The position numbers and the translations under genes are program-made. Under the pieces are notes generated by a model. That model was not told where the DNA came from, ran no database searches, and saw nothing but the letters and a program-made list of their open reading frames with translations. This document shows, piece after piece, positions 39,835 through 52,691 of a stretch of DNA of 64,000 nucleotides (position 1 is its first letter; each line of letters opens with the position of its first letter). The stretch comes from Leucoraja erinacea. Lineage: Eukaryota. Location: NCBI RefSeq assembly GCF_028641065.1, contig NC_073378.1, forward strand, positions 97,712,001-97,776,000. The letters run 5' to 3'.

Positions 39835-40362
39835 CAGAGGTGGGGAACCTGCGGCCTTCTAGGCCATTAAGTGCGGCCTTTTAAATTAATCCAAATTTCG
39901 TAGAACAAATCCTTTTATTTTCATTAGTATGTTTTTGTTCGTCTTTTATTATTTTTATTTTAATCTTAAAATGAACGTTTTTAAAATACCAGAGTAAAAG
40001 AAGATTCAACAAAATAATCCTCCCCGACTGACAGCCACAATTAAAACATTAGTATGTCATGAGGGCTAATATAACACCTGTTATGCTCATGATTTAGTTC
40101 TAATGTGACTCTAGAATGTACGTTAACCCCCCTGCTTGACTGGCGCCACCACCGCCTGAGGCTGGTTGACGAGAGGGAAAACATCGGGGAGAGCCCGTTG
40201 GCCGTCCAGTCTTCAGTATTATCAACTTTTGATAGCGGTGCACGTGGCTTTCCGTTTGAAGTTGAATTTCAATATATCTAATTGAAGTTCCTTGGATGCG
40301 GCCTTATAAGATTACAGCTAACTTAATGCGGCATTCCAACATGAAAAGGTTCCCCACCCCTG
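39835..40362. mobile_element. hAT (Charlie-like) MITE
   Basis: TIRs cagaggtggggaacct / aggttccccacccctg; 8-bp TSD gccaaaat / gcctaaat; subterminal tgcggcc motifs. Confidence 0.85.
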
Positions 40363-41794
40363 GCCTAAATCAAACTATTGTCCCAAGTGGCCAGTGACAG
40401 AACACAGACAACTTTTGGTGCCAATTTGACAAGGCTTGATCTTCCATGCAAATCATAGTCTAGTACCAATTATAAGACTATATGTGCTGTTTAAAATTGA
40501 CACCATTGTCAGCCCAGCCATTCTATGCTGAAAGGCCTGTTCCTGTGCTGGGCAGTTTTATGTTCATATCAACTTGAATGTGCTGAGAGAAGGCCCAAAC
40601 CTGTAACCCTCCCAATCTTCACACCAAATGAACTACTCCAATAATCAGTCCAATTTTGGAAGAATATGCCTGATGGCTAGCTCTTCACTTATTACTGCCT
40701 GTTCCCTTTAGTTAAATTTTGATATTTCAGCTTTGAGGAGATTATTTCCATTTTTGTCCTGCATTTGATGAGCTAGCTACTGGTTCCAAACATTCAGGCT
40801 CTTTATCAAGGTTCTGAAAGTAAAGCACAACCATAAAAATGGTCCAGCCTTTTACTGTTTAAGCTCCTTCTCTCCTCAAACCGCAGGTCATGTGATAGGA
40901 GTAGGATTAGACCATTCGGCCCATCAAGTCTACTCTGCCATTCAATGATGGCTGATCTATCTCTCCCTCCTAATCCCATTCTCCTGCCTTCTCCCCGTAA
41001 GACCCAACACCCATACTAATCAAGAAACACAAATCAAGAACAAGGTCAAGAGCAGGTAAGAAATATTTTACAGAATCACATGAAAAGTAATTTTAAATTA
41101 TTAATTTCCCAGATTCACTGCTCATTTTGCCTACATTATCAGATCTCCTTTGATCTAAAGCTATCTTTAACTTTTACTGCAGATGGGCCACTTTCCATGT
41201 TGTTTTAGTGCTTTAATTTAATGTATATTTGTTGTAAACTCTGCATGAATTCTGTAAATGTTATAGTGCCCAGCTAAAAATATGTATCAGTGATTTGGAT
41301 GGGGAGGTGAAGGGTAAATTTGAACTTTGTTGATTATATCAACTGGCTCGCAATGTAATTTTTGGGAAGAACATTGAGAGGCTTCAGGAGTGCGTAAGCA
41401 AGTTGAAAGACTGGGAGAGCAGGAATGAAGGACAGAATGACCTAACCCTTCTGTTTCTTTTCTCCTTATGGAAGGTGTGGCAAAAATAGTAAGAATGTAT
41501 GTTGATTAACATTTTTCGCAGTCTCCGAACGCTACAAAATGTTTGATTCTCAACAATGTACTTTGGATGAGCAGTTTCTTACAAAATCTATGGAAACCTG
41601 CTATCTTATCTGCATATAACACTGATTCACAGATGACAACAAGTCTAAAACATGGATCTGGAGACTGATTGCATTGGGCTACATTTGATGTTGAAGGACC
41701 TTCCAAGGCTGGCAAAAGCATACTAGCTCACCCATGCCGAAAGTGCACCAATTGCCTATTTCATGGGACGATGGTTTTGCACCTGATGGTATTT

Positions 41795-42815
41795 CGGAGT
41801 GGCTGCGCGGCTCTGGCTGCAGCGGCTTACCGACGGTCCCGTTGTCTTTGTGTTTTTTTATGTTGTTTATTTTGTTTGGTTAGTTTCGTTTTTTGGTTTT
41901 AGCTTGTGTTTTTGGGGAGACAACGAAATGCATTTTTGGGGGGGGGGGGGGTTGAAACGGGGTTTGCAGTCTCTCCCTGCGGGGGAATACGACCTTTTTG
42001 TCGTATTCCCCTTCTCTGCCTCCGTCTGCGCTGAGGCCTAATGGAGCTGACGACCTCGAGGCTCCGGAGGCAGAGCACCGTCAGGACTGAGCTCGCTCCC
42101 GTGAGGGTGGTCTGGCTCAGGGCTGGAAGAGGTTGGGACGCTCCCGTGAGGGCGGCCAGCCCGAGGGTGGAACGAGGCTCCCATCGGAGCGGCCGAGCTC
42201 GGGAAGGTGCGCCGCTGGCAGCCCGAGGGAGGTTCGGCACCCAAGTCGGGACGGCCCGGTCCGGGGGGAGAAGCGACGCCCAAGTCGGGGCGGCCCGGTC
42301 CGGGGGGAGAAGCGACGCCCAAGTCGGGGCGGCCCGGTCCGGGGGAGAAGCGACGCCCAAGTCGGGGCGGCCTGGCCAGAGGGAGAAGCAACGCCCAAGT
42401 CGGGGCGGCCCAGCCCGAGGCTGAAGACGGCACAGTACTCACGTGAGGGTGGCTGGGACGGTGTTCTGGCGGCAGTGGCCTGAGTCCGGGGTTCGGCCGC
42501 GGGCCAGCAGCTGCTTCTGCAGGACTGGTGGGCGGCAGCTTCAACCACCCCGGGCCGCGGTATTTGAGCCGCGGGACTGTTCTTAACATCGCCCGGGGGG
42601 GGTTATCGCCCCAGCGCAGAGGGAGAAGAGGAGGGAAGAGACTGCGACCTAAGACTTTTGCCTCCATCACAGTGAGGAGATGCTGGGTGGACTCACTGTG
42701 GTGGGTGTTAATGTGTGTTTATTGTTGTTTTATTGTATGGTATTATATGTATGACTGCTGCAATTTCGTTCAGACTTCGGTCTGAATGACAATAAAAGGC
42801 TATCTATCTATCTAT
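41795..42815 (+). mobile_element. GC-rich non-autonomous retroelement with internal ~36-bp tandem array (42240-42410)
   Basis: Unit gaagcgacgcccaagtcggggcggcccggtccggggg, about 5 copies; tail gacaataaaagg(ctat)n. Confidence 0.6.
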
Positions 42816-42896
42816 AAGGCCCTCAGTTTGTGTAGGTAGACATAAATTGCTGAAGTAACTCAGCAGGACAGGCAGCATCTCTATATACTGTATACA

Positions 42897-43007
42897 CAGC
42901 GGCGGACTGGCCAGGGTGTCAGCTTGCCCGATGGCAAGTGGGCCCCTGATGAAGTGGGTCCCTTTTGTCTCCTGGCAACCAATATTTTTAGACCCAGTCT
43001 GCCACTG
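42897..43007. mobile_element. 111-bp hAT-type mini-MITE
   Basis: TIRs cagcggcggactgg / ccagtctgccactg; perfect 8-bp TSD tgtataca. Confidence 0.9.
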
Positions 43008-43287
43008 TGTATACACATCATCCCTGTGTATATATAATTGGGTCAACGTTTGTCTGATTCCCAAAAATAAAAGGGAAATATGACGTTATAATTGATTATT
43101 TTTTGCTATTAACCATTTAATACTCACATTGGTTGACTTTAATACCTCATATTTTAAATCTGCAAAAGTGAAAATGTGCTTCATATTTTAAATTCCCAAG
43201 CATAGTGAGGGAGGTGTATTTGAACACAATGCTCCTTTTGTGTGTTGTGTGTCCTGTTGCAAGGGAATGCAAATTAAAACCTATTGA

Positions 43288-43850
43288 CAGCACAGTGGTG
43301 CAGATAGTGGAGTTGCTGCCTCATAGCACCCAAGGCCCTTCTTTGATCCTGACCTCAGGTGCTGTCTGTGAGGAGTTTGCACGTCCTCCCTGTGACCGTG
43401 CAGGTTACATCCAGATGCTCTGGTTTCCATCCACATCTCAAAGCGTGAGGGGTTGTAAGTTTAAGAATGAACTGCAGATGCTGGAAAAATCAAAGATAGA
43501 CAAAAATGCTGGAGAAACTCAGCAGGTGAGGCAGAATCTATAGAGCGAAGGAATAGGTGACATTTCGGGTCGAGACCCTTCTTCAGACTGATGTGGGGGT
43601 GGGGTGTGGGAAGAAGACAAAAAGGGTTTGAAGACCCGAAACGTCACCTACTCCTTCGCTCCATAGATGCTGCCTCACCCGCTGAGTTTCTCCAGCATTT
43701 TTATCTACCTAGGGTTTGTAGGTTAATTGGCCTCTGTTAATTACCCCTGGATGTGAAAGTGGGATAACTTAGAACAAGGAGTAACAAATGATCAATGGTC
43801 GGCATAGACTCGATGGACTGAAGAGTTGTATAACTAAAGCAGAAAACTAA
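43288..43850 (+). mobile_element. V-SINE interrupted by an inverted Penelope-like insert (43461-43710)
   Basis: SINE halves flank the insert with a near-perfect 13-bp duplication. Confidence 0.75.
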
Positions 43851-44559
43851 AAATTCTGTCCCACATTGTGATCAGTTACCATTGGCAAACAATTTACTAC
43901 CTTTACTACCTGGGGTCCTTTGTTCCTTTTAGCTCTGCCCACACCAAGTCGGTAGCGTTGTAAGAGTGGAGTAGATAGACTCTGCAGTACTCCACATGTT
44001 AGACATTCATATAGCAATTGTGGAAATCTGGCAACTTTCCAGCAGTTCAGCCACACTCATGGAAAGGTTGAAAATGTTTGGCCCTCATTTATTTTCCCAA
44101 AGCATGTTACTGTTATTTAAAAATAACGAAAGTGAATGGTGAACTGCAAAGTGGCATGTTTAAAATCTGTAAGCCAGTAATATCTTAAAAATTGTGAATT
44201 CAAATGGAATATGAGTCAACTGTTCAGAATGTTTTTTGTTTATGTTTGATTATTGCAGCAGTATATCCTTAGCTGCTTTTCAGTTTAGTTCTCCTGTTTC
44301 GGGACATAAAATGTGGAAGAGGTAGCTCAGCAAAAAATATATTTAAAAAATGAATGTGATCCATTCAGTAAACAACTGAGTAGAGTTAGGATTTGTTTAA
44401 GTTTTGGTCTATTATTATCACATGTACTGAAATACAACGTATAGCTTTGTTTTGCTGTGTTGTCAAAGGATATATGAGAGATATGTCAGGAATTTCCTTT
44501 GGGTTTCTCTCATCTGGTCACAGCAATTTTGGGAGAAAATCAATGAAAATTGCGTTTAC

Positions 44560-44668
44560 CCAGATTTCCCATCCATTGGAATAATCCCTAAGAAAATTCC
44601 CAGTGACAGTTTGATGTTGGGGGTGGTACCACATGGCGAGAATCAACCAATTGGAAATTAAGTGTAGG
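44560..44668 (-). CDS. Unidentified gene, internal exon (xLHLISNWLILAMWYHPQHQTVTGNFLRDYSNGWEIW)
   Basis: ttacattttccaag acceptor, 109 bp phase 2-0, TGG/gtaaac donor; frame-compatible with the next exon. Confidence 0.65.
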
Positions 44669-45194
44669 CTTGGAAAATGTAATTTAAAATAAGGACTTAA
44701 AAAAATTGATTTAAATACCACCTTTGCAACTCACTACCTTCCCAAAATATTTCACCCACAATAAATGTGTGTACCGTTACTATGTCTTGTACAATAGGAT
44801 TTCACACGCATCAGAGGAAAAACACACCCATTTTCAAACATGATTTCCATCCAATAGTTTCACAGGCTTTTTTTTAGAATTGTTTTTAAATGTGGTATTT
44901 GTGAGAAACACGGGAAGGCACTTTTGACACATTTGAGAGATATATTGAAACAAATGACGTGACAAGATATGAAAGTTATTTCAGAACATAAATGAAAATG
45001 ATGTACCTAAATACACTTTGAACTTTGAACTTGGATTTTAATTGCTGATCACTATAAGTTGATTTTATTTTAAAGGCGTTGACCAGAAAATTGCATGATG
45101 AACACTCGTGCTGTTTCGTAACATTTTATTTAGTACTGTTTTTATTGTTTTTTTGGACGCAAGATTTGCAAATAACACACAAATCAACGTGATT

Positions 45195-46370
45195 CATAAG
45201 TTCATAAACCATTCAATTCCCTCATCCAATTCATACAATGTGAAGAGTAGTGGCCCCAACCATGACCCAGCAAAATCCACAATCTCTGCCAGCCAACCAA
45301 GAAAAGCCACATCTAACCATGCTTGTTTCTTCTTTGTAATACTCTCATCATGTTTAGCAGCCACACATGCGGCACCTTATCAGAGGCCTTCTGAAAACCC
45401 AGGTAAACAACATCCACTGACTCTCCATTGTCTATCCTGCTATTTACCTTCTCAAAGAATTCCAACAGATTTGTCCAGCAAGATCTCCCTTTCACAAACC
45501 GTGCTGCCTTTGGCCGCATGTGCTTCTAGGTACTTGGAAACATCATCCTTAATAATGGACTCTAAAACACTGAAGTCAGATGAACCGTCTTATAATGTCC
45601 CCTCTTTGCTTGGTTCTTGAACAGCGGAGTATATTTACATGTTCCCAAGCATCTTCGATTTAATAATAACCACTCCACTAACTGCTGCCCCCTGACTTTC
45701 TTGAATTTCAGGCACTTAGCTGGTGTCTTGCACTGTGAAGACTGAAGCACAAAAACCTACGTAATTTATCTGCCATTTCTTTATTCCCCATTACTTCTTC
45801 TCCAACATCATTTTCCAGTTGTCCAATATCTACTCTTGCCTCTCTTTTACTCTTTATATAGCTGAAGAAACTTTTGCTATCGTCTTTTATATTATTGGCT
45901 AGCTTACCTTCATAATTCATCTTTTCTCCCTGCGTTGCCTTTTTAGTTACCCTCTGTTGGTTTTGAAAAGCTTCCCAACCCTCGAGCTTCCCACTAACCT
46001 TTGCAATATTATATGCCTTTTATTTTAGTTTTATGCTCTCTTTGACATCCCTTGTCATCCACGGTCACTTCATTCTCCGCTTAGAATCTTTCTGCTTCTT
46101 TAAGATGAAAAGATCCTGCATCTTCCGAATTAATTCCAGAAACCCCTGCCATTGCTGCTCTACTGTCATTCCTGCCAGGGACCCTTCCTATCAACCTTAG
46201 CCAGCTCATATCTCATCCCTCTTTAGTCACCTTTGCTCAACACTAATACCGACATATCTGATTTCTTCTTCTCCCTCTCAACATGGAGGTTGAATTTTGT
46301 CATATTATTGTCACTACCTCCTAGTGGTTTCTTTACCTTAAGCTCCATAATCAAATCTGATTCACTGATT
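45195..46370 (-). mobile_element. Older CR1 LINE ORF2 fragment
   Basis: YEGKLANNIKDDSKSFFSYIKSKR, FVKGRSCWTNLLEFFEKV...VDVVYLGFQKASDKVPH. Confidence 0.85.
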
Positions 46371-48364
46371 CTACTTGCCTTCAACACTTAACCTCCTTGG
46401 TGGATTCAGTAAGTTTATCCTCCATTATTGGGAAGATATCTATTTTGTCTTCTCAACATCACAAAGTATCGCTGAAGCCAGGTGTTCTATGAGCGCCCTA
46501 AGTCCATTGTTTCACTTTGGGTTCTTTTGCTCTTAAATACATCTCCTTGAATTTCCATTTACAGAACAGCCCTTAATATACCATCAAGATTGCATCACTT
46601 CCATTTTCAGCTTGATCATTCCTTCAAAATCAACAGCAAAGCTTGAAATTAAAAGTGAGTCATCTCTATGCTTTACATTCATATCCAAAGCAACATCCGA
46701 AATGATAGCCAGTCCCTGGGCTAGTAAGGGTATCATTCCTGAGAACTGTCTATATGCTGATTTCTCCATGTCATAAACTTCCACTTTCAATAGCAGCCCA
46801 TAACATGTACTCAATACACTTGCTGTAATGTTTTCCACCATTGAATAATAAATCTAAGATCACCCTCAATTAAACTAATTGAATATATGTCAATAATAAA
46901 TATCATGAAATATTTTCTTATTACTATCTTGACAAATGCTTTACATCTGTATGGGAGAACTTGTGTAATGTCAGATCTAAATTCACTTTATATCTAGTTA
47001 TTTGGAGCAATTGAGAACTAATTTCCCTGCCTCATTCACTCCTCCATGAATGACAGGAAATTTGTTTTAATATTGATTAATAGCAATTATTATGGCATGT
47101 TTAATATCCCATACATTATAAATGGAGAATGGCAGGCAAATATACAATTCATTAAATATAATGTAATAAGATGCAAGTTAATTAAAGGAAATGAGTGAAT
47201 ATCTAAAGATTTGTCTTGCATTCAGTACAGTCCAGAATCAAGTCATGCTATAACAGTCTTATCCTTTTGAATTAAAAATGAGAAGCATGAATTAGTCAAT
47301 CCATGAAACCTAAATCTCCACACATCGTGCGCAATTAAACCGGGCGTAGATTCTGTCCCACTTATTCAATCTCTATTGAAATCCATAATTGGAAAAAGCA
47401 TGGGAGCAGATGATGAGTTACTTCTCTGAGATGGGAAAAGCAGCAGGGTGGCAGAATGTAAATGGACAAGGGAATATTTATTTTCATTGAAACTTAGCAA
47501 ATAAATTTGAACATGTGCATGAAGAATGGTAGCTATATCAAGATGTTCACTTTGAGCAAAGTGCTTTTTTTGATACAGTTCAACACTACAGCAGCCAACA
47601 CTTGAATCAGCACTCTTTCAGTATGATGATTTGTTTTGTCAATGTAAAATTGTGAATTTAAGGGTGTGTAAATTAAGGGGTGTGAATTTAGTAACATTGG
47701 AAAGTATTCTTTCTTCACATCAGTCATTGATGGATTGGAGGTTAACAACCGCCATTACACAAGTGAAAGTGAAGGAAAGGGAAAGATGTAAAATCAAACA
47801 CAAAAAAACCCCCAAATGCTGGAAAACAATAATTAGCAGGAAAACAGGTCAGGCAGCATCTGTGGAAAGAGAAACTGTCAATGTTTCAGGCCCGCAGCAG
47901 ATAATGATGTACTGCCCCCTTTTATTCACCCAATACTGGAACGTTGCTGTGTGACAGATCAGATATGTTCAAGAATATTGATCGTCCTGTTGATTAAGAG
48001 GAGATGACTGGTGGAGCTGAACCAATGAACACAACTAGAATATGCTGCAAGACACAGAGAGAAAATCATAAGTAAAGTGAATTTCATGTGACGGGATGTT
48101 TGGGATATTTCGGTTATTTCAGGAATACAGCTGTGAAGATGTATCAGAAATCACTTGCCTGTGTTTTCCCTCCAGACTACAGCATTGTGGAAGGAATCAT
48201 GCACCCTGATTCGGCACCTTACTATATTCTGTTGGCTACACAAACGTTGATCAACTCTCCATGTCTGGTTGGGTATATTTCTGTGGTAGCCTTTGCTTGG
48301 CCCTTTACAGCATGAAGCAAGCCAAATTTTCTGCCCTGCTCTCTCAACTTGCTACAGTCTAATT

Positions 48365-49150
48365 AGAAACATAGAAACATAAAAATTAGGTGCAGGAGTA
48401 GGCCATTCGGCCCTTCAAGCCTGCATCGCCATTCAATATGATCATGGCTGATCATCCAACTCAGTATCCCGTACCTGCCTTCTCTCCATACCCCCTGATC
48501 CCCTTAGCCACAAGGGCCACATCTAACTCCCTCTTAAATATAGCTCCCTCTTAACTATAGCAATTAATACCATTATGGGCTTTCGATAATTGTATTCCTC
48601 AGACAATGTTGGCATCCTCTGATTTTTTTGTAATTTGGGTAGAGTCATAGTCATATGGCACAGAAACAGGCCATTTGGCCCATCTTCCCCATGCTGGCCA
48701 AGATACCCCATCTACACGTCCCACCTGTCCATGTTTGGCCCTTATCCCTCTAAACCTTTCCCATCCATGTACCTGCCTTTTAAATGTTGTTATAGTACCT
48801 GCCTCAACTACCTCTTCTGTCAGCTGGTTCCATTTACCCACTACATTGTGTGAAAAAGTTGCCCCTCAGGTTCCTATTAAATTTTCCCTTCTCATGATAA
48901 ACCTACGTTCTCTGGTTCTTGATTCCTCCTACTCAGGTTAAAGGACACTATGCATTTAGCCTTTCTATTCCCCTCACAATCTTACTTCAATAAGATCACC
49001 CTTCACCCTCCTGCTCTCCAAGGAATAACGTCACAGCCTGCATCTCCTACAGCTCAGGCCCTCATGTCCTGGCGACATTCTCGTAAATCTTCTCTGCACT
49101 CTTTCCAGCTTAACAAAAGCAGCGTGAACAAAACTGAACACAATGCTCCA
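48365..49150 (-). mobile_element. Two CR1 3' end fragments (48365-48550; 48642-49150)
   Basis: 3' UTR motifs shared with other CR1 copies; WNQLTEEVVEAGTITTFKR. Confidence 0.8.
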
Positions 49151-49478
49151 AAGGGGCTAAGAGGGGATAGAGCCTTCTCTGTTGCTGATCCTGCACTCTG
49201 GAACACCCTGCCATTGCACATCAGACAGGCCCCCTCACTGTCCATCTTCAAAACCAGTATTAAAACGCACTTATATTCCTTGGCTTTTGACACTGCTTGA
49301 GACTTTACTCCTGCTTTTAGTGCTTTTAATGTTTTAAATTTTATTGTTTTTACTCTTTCGTTTAATGTTTTTATTGTTATGTAGTAATTTCTTGTCCATG
49401 ATTAGTCATGTACAGCGCTTTGTTGCAACTGTGGTTGTTTTTAAAGTGCTCTATAAATAAAGTTATTATTATTATTAT
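49150..49478 (+). mobile_element. L2 LINE 3' end
   Basis: GDRAFSVADPALWNTLPLHIRQAPSLSIFKTSIKTHLY; aagtgctctataaataaagtt(att)n tail. Confidence 0.85.
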
Positions 49479-50629
49479 AAATGTGGCCTCGCCAATATAT
49501 ACCTTTAATTCAAAAGATGGATTAAAATTCATTTGGGTCACTTTTACTTTAGATAATGAGAAGCAGTAGTTCATCTGTAGAAATCATCTTTACTTATGAG
49601 GACTATTGAAGGCATTTAACATTCCTATGGACATTCTATTTCCAAATATCCCATGGCTTTAAGAGCTGGGCAAGTAAAACCAAGAACAGTTCGTCCACAA
49701 AAGCCCTGTTTGTGATGCAGCTAACTTTAATATTAGCGGTGGGTTCATCTTATCTCAGGAGTGATTTGTTTTGCATACCACATTAATCCTTTCCACATTT
49801 TCTGGAACGAGACAGTTAGAATTCCACTTGTGCGGCTTTTTTTTATTAATACAATCGCAGAAACAAAGCAACATGGACCCAGGCTTGACAAACTCCCCCA
49901 AGGCTACAAGCACACTGTGCTATCGTGACAAGCCACAGCTTTTAAACACACAGGCTGTGGCCAGTATTCCTGGTGGCCTGGGCCTCACAGCTGGAAGAAG
50001 ATCCAATTATACTTTGCGATTTGCTTGCAATTAAGTCAAGTAGTGAGTTAGTGAGTATATGTAATCAACAGAGCAGATGAAAAGTCAACAACACTCAGAT
50101 AAGGAACTATGTTGGCCAAGTAGAAAATTACCAAGAATTACAAAGAATTTTCTTAATGTTAACATTCTTAACTTTCTGAAGAAGCGTCTCAAACCTGTCC
50201 CGCTGAGTTACTCCAGATTTTTGGGTCTATCGTAGGTTTAAACCAGCATCTGCAGTTCCTTCCTACACTTTCTTAATGTAATTGTTCTGGCTATGATTTA
50301 GTAAAATTAATTGCAAAGAAAAATAATGGTTATGTTCTGGTTCAGTGTGGCATCAATATGAGTAACATACACTTGTGATATTATAACATTTTTAAATAGC
50401 TTAATGGAATGATTAATTTTCCTTCACAGCTTTCTATTCCATCATATGGTAATTCTACTTCTCTTTGAAGACGGAAGTGAAAAAAGCCAATACTTATCAA
50501 ATGTCTTTTGCATGTTTAGTATGATAAATACAGAATTACATTGAATAATTCAAGTTGCTAACAACCTCAGTGTATGCTGTTAAAATGATTAATGACATTG
50601 ACTTGGCACATATTTTTTAGCTTCCTTAC

Positions 50630-50702
50630 TGGAAGGAGTACAAAGCTGGCCAGATTGTGATAGTCCGAGGAGAGATGGCATTTATGAGGGTACAGCCAGT
50701 CA
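50630..50702 (-). CDS. Unidentified gene, internal exon (xTGCTLINAISPRTITIWPALYSFH)
   Basis: ctttttcatgcatatgctacag acceptor, 73 bp phase 1-2, gtaagg donor; terminal CA plus C of the next exon gives His in frame. Confidence 0.6.
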
Positions 50703-51319
50703 CTGTAGCATATGCATGAAAAAGATTATTCAGCATATCTGTGATTTCCCTTAACACCAACAAACTTCAATTAGATGGAGAGCAAAAAAGGAGGGAAAAA
50801 TGAGCATTAAAAATCACAAAGTGTAGGTGATTTTTATAGACATTCCAACACCTCCAGGAAACTTGAACTCTCACCAAATGGTCTGACATTCATTTGCTGC
50901 TACATCGGTGCTGGCAAACATATGCATTTGTGCGCAAGCACACACACACACACACTATTTTCCACAATCACTTTAGACTCCAGAATTTTTTATTTTAAAT
51001 AATTTTAAATTCTGCTTTTTTTCTTTTGTTATTTTGAGATGATGTCAAGAACTGCAGTTCTGTGAGGTTTAGTTAAACAGAACAATGCAGCAAAGGAACA
51101 AGCCATTTGGGTTCAATGTCTGTGCTGTACCCAATGCCATGTTAAACATTTCTCTGCCTGCATGTGATCTCTATTCCTCTGTTCCTTGCATATCCATCAG
51201 CCTAACTAAAAGCTCTTAAATCGCACCTTTGTATCTTTCTTACGTTTGAAATAAAATTTCGTTTTTGATTTCACAATTTGTCGAATGTCACATGTTTGTC
51301 TGGTATTGGGAATGAAATG

Positions 51320-51630
51320 GCAACACATTGGCACAGGTGATGGAACTATTACCTCACAGCACCAGAGTCCCGGGTGCTGTCTGTATGGAGTTTGTGTGTT
51401 CTCTCTGTGACTGCATATGTTTCCTCTGGATGCTCCCGTTTTCTCTCACATCCCAAAGCATGTGGGTTTGTAGGTTAATTGGCCTCCATAAATTGCCCCT
51501 AGTGTGTAGTGAATGAATGGGTAAGTGGGATGATATTGAACAAGTGTGAACGGATGATTGATTGTTGGTGTGGACTTGGCGGGCTGAAGGGCCTGTTTCC
51601 ACGTTCTATCTCTAAACGAAACTAAAGTAA
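51320..51630 (+). mobile_element. V-SINE copy
   Basis: V-domain and tail. Confidence 0.75.
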
Positions 51631-51694
51631 ATTAATTTTAAAAAGCTACCTGAATCTTTTTTCTTGAACTGGTAAATCTTGAACAATACATCAA

Positions 51695-52430
51695 TCACAA
51701 TCACAATCACAATAATACTTGTAGGCAAGTATGTTTTGCAACATACGAGGAATTTCATTTGCCAAGTCAGCCATACAAATAAAGAGTAACAGAACACACA
51801 AAATACATTTTTACATAAACATCCACCACAGTGCCTCCTCCGCATTCCGCACTGTTCCTCTCTTCCCTTAGCTCTCCAGCGGTCGGGGGCCTCGAGCCCT
51901 CCGTTGACGGGACAATCTTGACTCCCGCAGCCGGCGACATTTCGGCCCTCTGCTTCGAGACGATCAGCTTCTGCATTGGGGGGGATGTCAGCTCCCCCGT
52001 GCAGGACGATCAGACCCCGCGTTGGGGCTACCGAGCCTCTGCATCTTCGGAGCTTCCCGACTAGCCTCTCCCGAGACTGCGAGCTATTGATGATAACGTC
52101 CGGTTGAGGCCACGGTTGCAGCGATCCCAGGTAAGGGATCGGCTCCGATGTAAGTCAACGCCCCGTGGTGAGGCCCAAAGAGTCTAAGGAGGCCTGCAGG
52201 TCCATTGGTGGTAGGCCGCAGATTGACCAGGGTAATGCGATCTGAAAAATAATCACATCTCAGGCAAGGTTGGTTACTGAAAAAAAACTTTTCCCTCTCC
52301 CTCCCCCTCCCCCTCCCCCTCCCCCCACATAAAACAAACCAGTGAACATTTGCACAGACTTTTAATACACACTAAAACATTTTAAAAAGTCGAAAAAATA
52401 CACAGGCTGTTGGCGGTGCTGCCAATAATG
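51695..52430 (-). mobile_element. GC-rich non-autonomous retroelement related to 9965-10660
   Basis: Shared blocks aacatccaccacag and cccgagactgcga; (caatca)n tail. Confidence 0.55.
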
Positions 52431-52691
52431 TGGGGTGAGGGACAGGGCAGCCAATTGGGCGGCACTCCTGGTGGTCATATACTGTTAGATTTGTATTTTA
52501 TAATGTAACATATTTTGAGAGTGTGCAAATAACTACTATACGTGCTATATAAGGACAGCACTGTGGCGCAGCAGTAGTGTTGCTGCCTGTCTCAGTACCA
52601 GAGATCAGTTCGATGCTGACTACGTCTGCTGTCTGTATGGAATTTGCATGTTCTTCCTGTGAACTATGTGCGTTTTTTCTCCAGGAGCTCC

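Noticed and set aside
41899-42785. Multiple overlapping Pro/Arg/Gly-rich ORFs
   Set aside because: GC-rich tandem repeat that lacks stop codons by composition.
46584-46841. 85-aa minus-strand ORF
   Set aside because: Looks like a very decayed CR1 RT (ISSFAVD resembles ISKFADD); the same applies to the remnant near 30780-30890.
49779-49801. 23-bp minus-strand micro-exon with CTAAC branch point and gtatgc donor
   Set aside because: Would introduce a stop in the frame set by the flanking exons; chance, or at most a poison exon.
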